From an uncultured archaeon (GTDB lineage: Archaea; Asgardarchaeota; Lokiarchaeia; Sigyniarchaeales; SOKP01), in contig CAZGJX010000124.1 in the NCBI GenBank assembly GCA_964525635.1, positions 1-10,488 on the forward strand: DNA of 10,488 nucleotides, given 5' to 3'. Below the pieces are notes generated by a model, which made no database searches, was not told the origin of the DNA, and was given only the letters and a program-made list of their open reading frames with translations. Shown here one piece after another: positions 8,652 to 10,488 of this stretch (its first letter is position 1; every line of letters begins with the position of its first letter). The position numbers and the translations under genes are program-made.

Positions 8652-9260
8652 ATGACGGATTATATAGTAAAACCAATTGGAATTGTGAAGAGTAAAGCCG
8701 ATAAAGAAGTCTTAAAGTGCGTAAATAAAGATATAAAATTAGATATAGATTCAGCCAAAAAGCAAGGGAGCGATTTAATGACTTCTAAGATAATAATAAA
8801 TAAAGAACACTTAAACTGCTTAGATGGGATTGAGGATTTTTCTCATATCATTGTATTTTTTTGGACACATAAAGTTCCTGATAAGGCTCGCCAAATTCAA
8901 AAAGTGCATCCTGCTGGATTAAAGGATATGCCAATGAAGGGAATTTTTGCTACACGCTCTCCAGTAAGACCCAATCCGATTTGCAAAACAACTGTTAAAC
9001 TCATCGAGAGAAAAGGAGAAATTTTAATTGTGGAGGGATTAGATGCTATAAATAATACACCCGTAGTTGATATAAAACCACATGTACCATTTTATGACTC
9101 CCCACTAAATATTAAATTGGCAGATTGGATGTACATTTTGATGGATAAATTGAAAAAAATAACAGATAGATTAGAGCAAAATAATAATTCAAATCCATAT
9201 TCCTTTGATATTCGCGTTCATCCTTGTATAAGTCCTGATCAAAAAAACATAAATAAATAA
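8652..9260 (+). CDS. trmO: TrmO/TsaA-family SAM-binding protein (tRNA t6A37 N6-methyltransferase domain)
   Basis: KPIGIVKS, LDGIEDFSHIIVFFWTH, GIFATRSPVRPNPI and GLDAINNTPVVDIKP are the TsaA/YaeB/AF0241 domain motifs. Enzymatic activity is not established from sequence. Confidence 0.9.
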   Translation: MTDYIVKPIGIVKSKADKEVLKCVNKDIKLDIDSAKKQGSDLMTSKIIINKEHLNCLDGIEDFSHIIVFFWTHKVPDKARQIQKVHPAGLKDMPMKGIFATRSPVRPNPICKTTVKLIERKGEILIVEGLDAINNTPVVDIKPHVPFYDSPLNIKLADWMYILMDKLKKITDRLEQNNNSNPYSFDIRVHPCISPDQKNINK

Positions 9261-9290
9261 TAATTGATAATTTTTGAGTTATTTTGAACA

Positions 9291-9456
9291 ATTATGGTTT
9301 ATTTTAGGAAACTCAAATTTATTACAATTTGATGATTAAACTTTTTTTTTTTCTTTATTTTTGAAAAGTTATGGCTTATTTTGGAAAATTTAGCATTTAT
9401 TTTGGAAATTCATAGAAAAACGCAATTATTATAGGTTTCCAAAAATAAACCATTAT
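9291..9456. mobile_element. MITE-like 166-bp non-coding segment with 22-bp imperfect terminal inverted repeats
   Basis: Left end ATTATGGTTTATTTTAGGAAAC (9291-9312); reverse complement of right end ATAATGGTTTATTTTTGGAAAC (9435-9456); 20/22 identical. No clear target-site duplication, and mobility is not shown. Confidence 0.35.
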
Positions 9457-9548
9457 TTTTTATAAAGAAGGTTTTTGAAATTTCATTGATAATTTTTCAT
9501 AAATAGTCCAAAAAATTTTTAAATTATAAATCCAATATAAAATGTATT

Positions 9549-9764
9549 ATGGTGAAACTTGAAACAATAGCAATTAATATATTAGCTCGCTCGTTGACCA
9601 TTACTAGCTCCTCGGGAACTACAAAAGCAGATTTTAAAAAAGAGAATTTTGGCAAAGAGATAATGAAATATATCGAAGATTACATCACAAATAATGGATT
9701 TGAAGTTATTAATGCTGAGACTGATGGTAATGTAAGACTTTATCATCTTATTAAAAATGATTAA
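9549..9764 (+). CDS. Small hypothetical protein (71 aa)
   Basis: ATG-started ORF, more GC-rich than its flanks, with protein-like composition (GFEVINAE..RLYHLIK) and a TATA-like TTATAAAT about 25 bp upstream. Confidence 0.65.
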   Translation: MVKLETIAINILARSLTITSSSGTTKADFKKENFGKEIMKYIEDYITNNGFEVINAETDGNVRLYHLIKND

Positions 9765-9866
9765 AAATAATTCATTATTTAAATGTAGTAAGATAACTTT
9801 CTAAAGTCATTTTTTAACGAGATACTTAGTGAGTTTCTTAATAATTTTAAGATTATTTCTGGAAAT

Positions 9867-10044
9867 TTTTGGATTATTTTAAAAATTCAACAACAATTGT
9901 GGTTTTGAAAAATGGAATGACAAATTAATTCTTAAAAACAATATAATTTTACATATTATATAGTTAATGAAATGATATTCTTTATAAAGGAATGGTTTGA
10001 CATAAAAGCAGAAAATCTGGCAACAACAAAAAAATGATTTGATA
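9867..10044 (+). repeat. ~178-bp dispersed non-coding direct repeat, copy 2
   Basis: About 78% identical to 2705-2881. Shared blocks include TTGTGGT, AAATTAATTC, TTAATGA.ATGATATTCTTTA, AGAAAATCT and AAAAAATGATTTGATA. Confidence 0.85.
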
Positions 10045-10317
10045 AATATTAATTATCTAATAGTTAAAAATGAATTAACTCAATTTGATAAATCAAAAAT
10101 ACATTTCTAATATCTATAAATAATATAGTAAATACTTTATCTAATAATATTCAATATATAGAAATAGAGATAATAACTAATAAGGTATATAACCATCTAT
10201 TTCACTGTGGGATTTCCTTTTTTCAACTAATTTCACATATAATTTTGAGTTAATAGATACTCAACTCCAGCTATGATTATTATTTTCCCAAATAATCATA
10301 TATATGGTATTTGGAAA

Positions 10318-10488
10318 TCACCATATGAAAAATATTGCTATGATTGGTTTTTCTTTAATATTTATTAAAAAAAAATAAGATAATACAAGAAAAATAGGAG
10401 ATAATACAAAAAAAATAATCATAATTAAATTTACGACTAATTTTACAAAAGAAGGATCATTTATAAGATCTATCCACGAGAAAAGATA
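10318..10488 (-). CDS. 3' end (or degraded remnant) of a hypothetical membrane-protein gene entering from the right edge
   Basis: Open frame from the window edge: YLFSWIDLINDPSFVKLVVNLIMIIFFVLSPIFLVLSYFFLINIKEKPIIAIFFIW then TGA. Hydrophobic; no start inside the window. Confidence 0.4.
   Translation of the reverse strand, partial: YLFSWIDLINDPSFVKLVVNLIMIIFFVLSPIFLVLSYFFLINIKEKPIIAIFFIW

Noticed and set aside
9271-9514. CRISPR array interpretation of the repeated GTTTCC/GGAAAC-containing motif
   Set aside because: Copies are degenerate, in both orientations and lack regular 30-40-bp unique spacers; no cas genes in the window.
2648-10044. Integron cassette array
   Set aside because: No RYYYAAC...GTTRRRY attC structures recognised, genes are in mixed orientation, and there is no integrase.
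10064-10320. TGA recoding (Trp/Gly/Sec) suggested by several TGA codons at the right edge
   Set aside because: A continuous frame needs a frameshift and also meets a TAG; none of the intact genes in the window needs TGA read-through.

Overview
Very AT-rich window, most consistent with an archaeon. The DnaK signature and gene content suggest an Asgard/Lokiarchaeia-like genome, but this is inference only. A stand-alone dnaK (743-2647, no grpE or dnaJ beside it) is followed by about 7.8 kb of accessory-type DNA. This holds a pentapeptide-repeat gene broken by one in-frame TAA, and a convergent DUF4261-like + TPR gene that the ORF track splits into three pieces but which is one reading frame (5179->3683) with two in-frame TAG codons. 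It also holds two isoprenylcysteine-methyltransferase (ICMT/PEMT) family membrane proteins, an HdrD/GlpC-type Fe-S/CCG protein, a small membrane protein, a TrmO/TsaA-family protein, a 71-aa orphan and a probable membrane-gene end at the right edge. The non-coding DNA is structured. A ~178-bp element occurs twice as a direct repeat (2705-2881 and 9867-10044, about 78% identity by hand alignment) and brackets the accessory block. A ~20-27-bp motif (approximately TTTTGGnTTATTTT(T)GGAAAnTCA) recurs about a dozen times, often as tandem doublets with 20-21-bp period and as inverted pairs, one of which encloses the two stop-interrupted genes.
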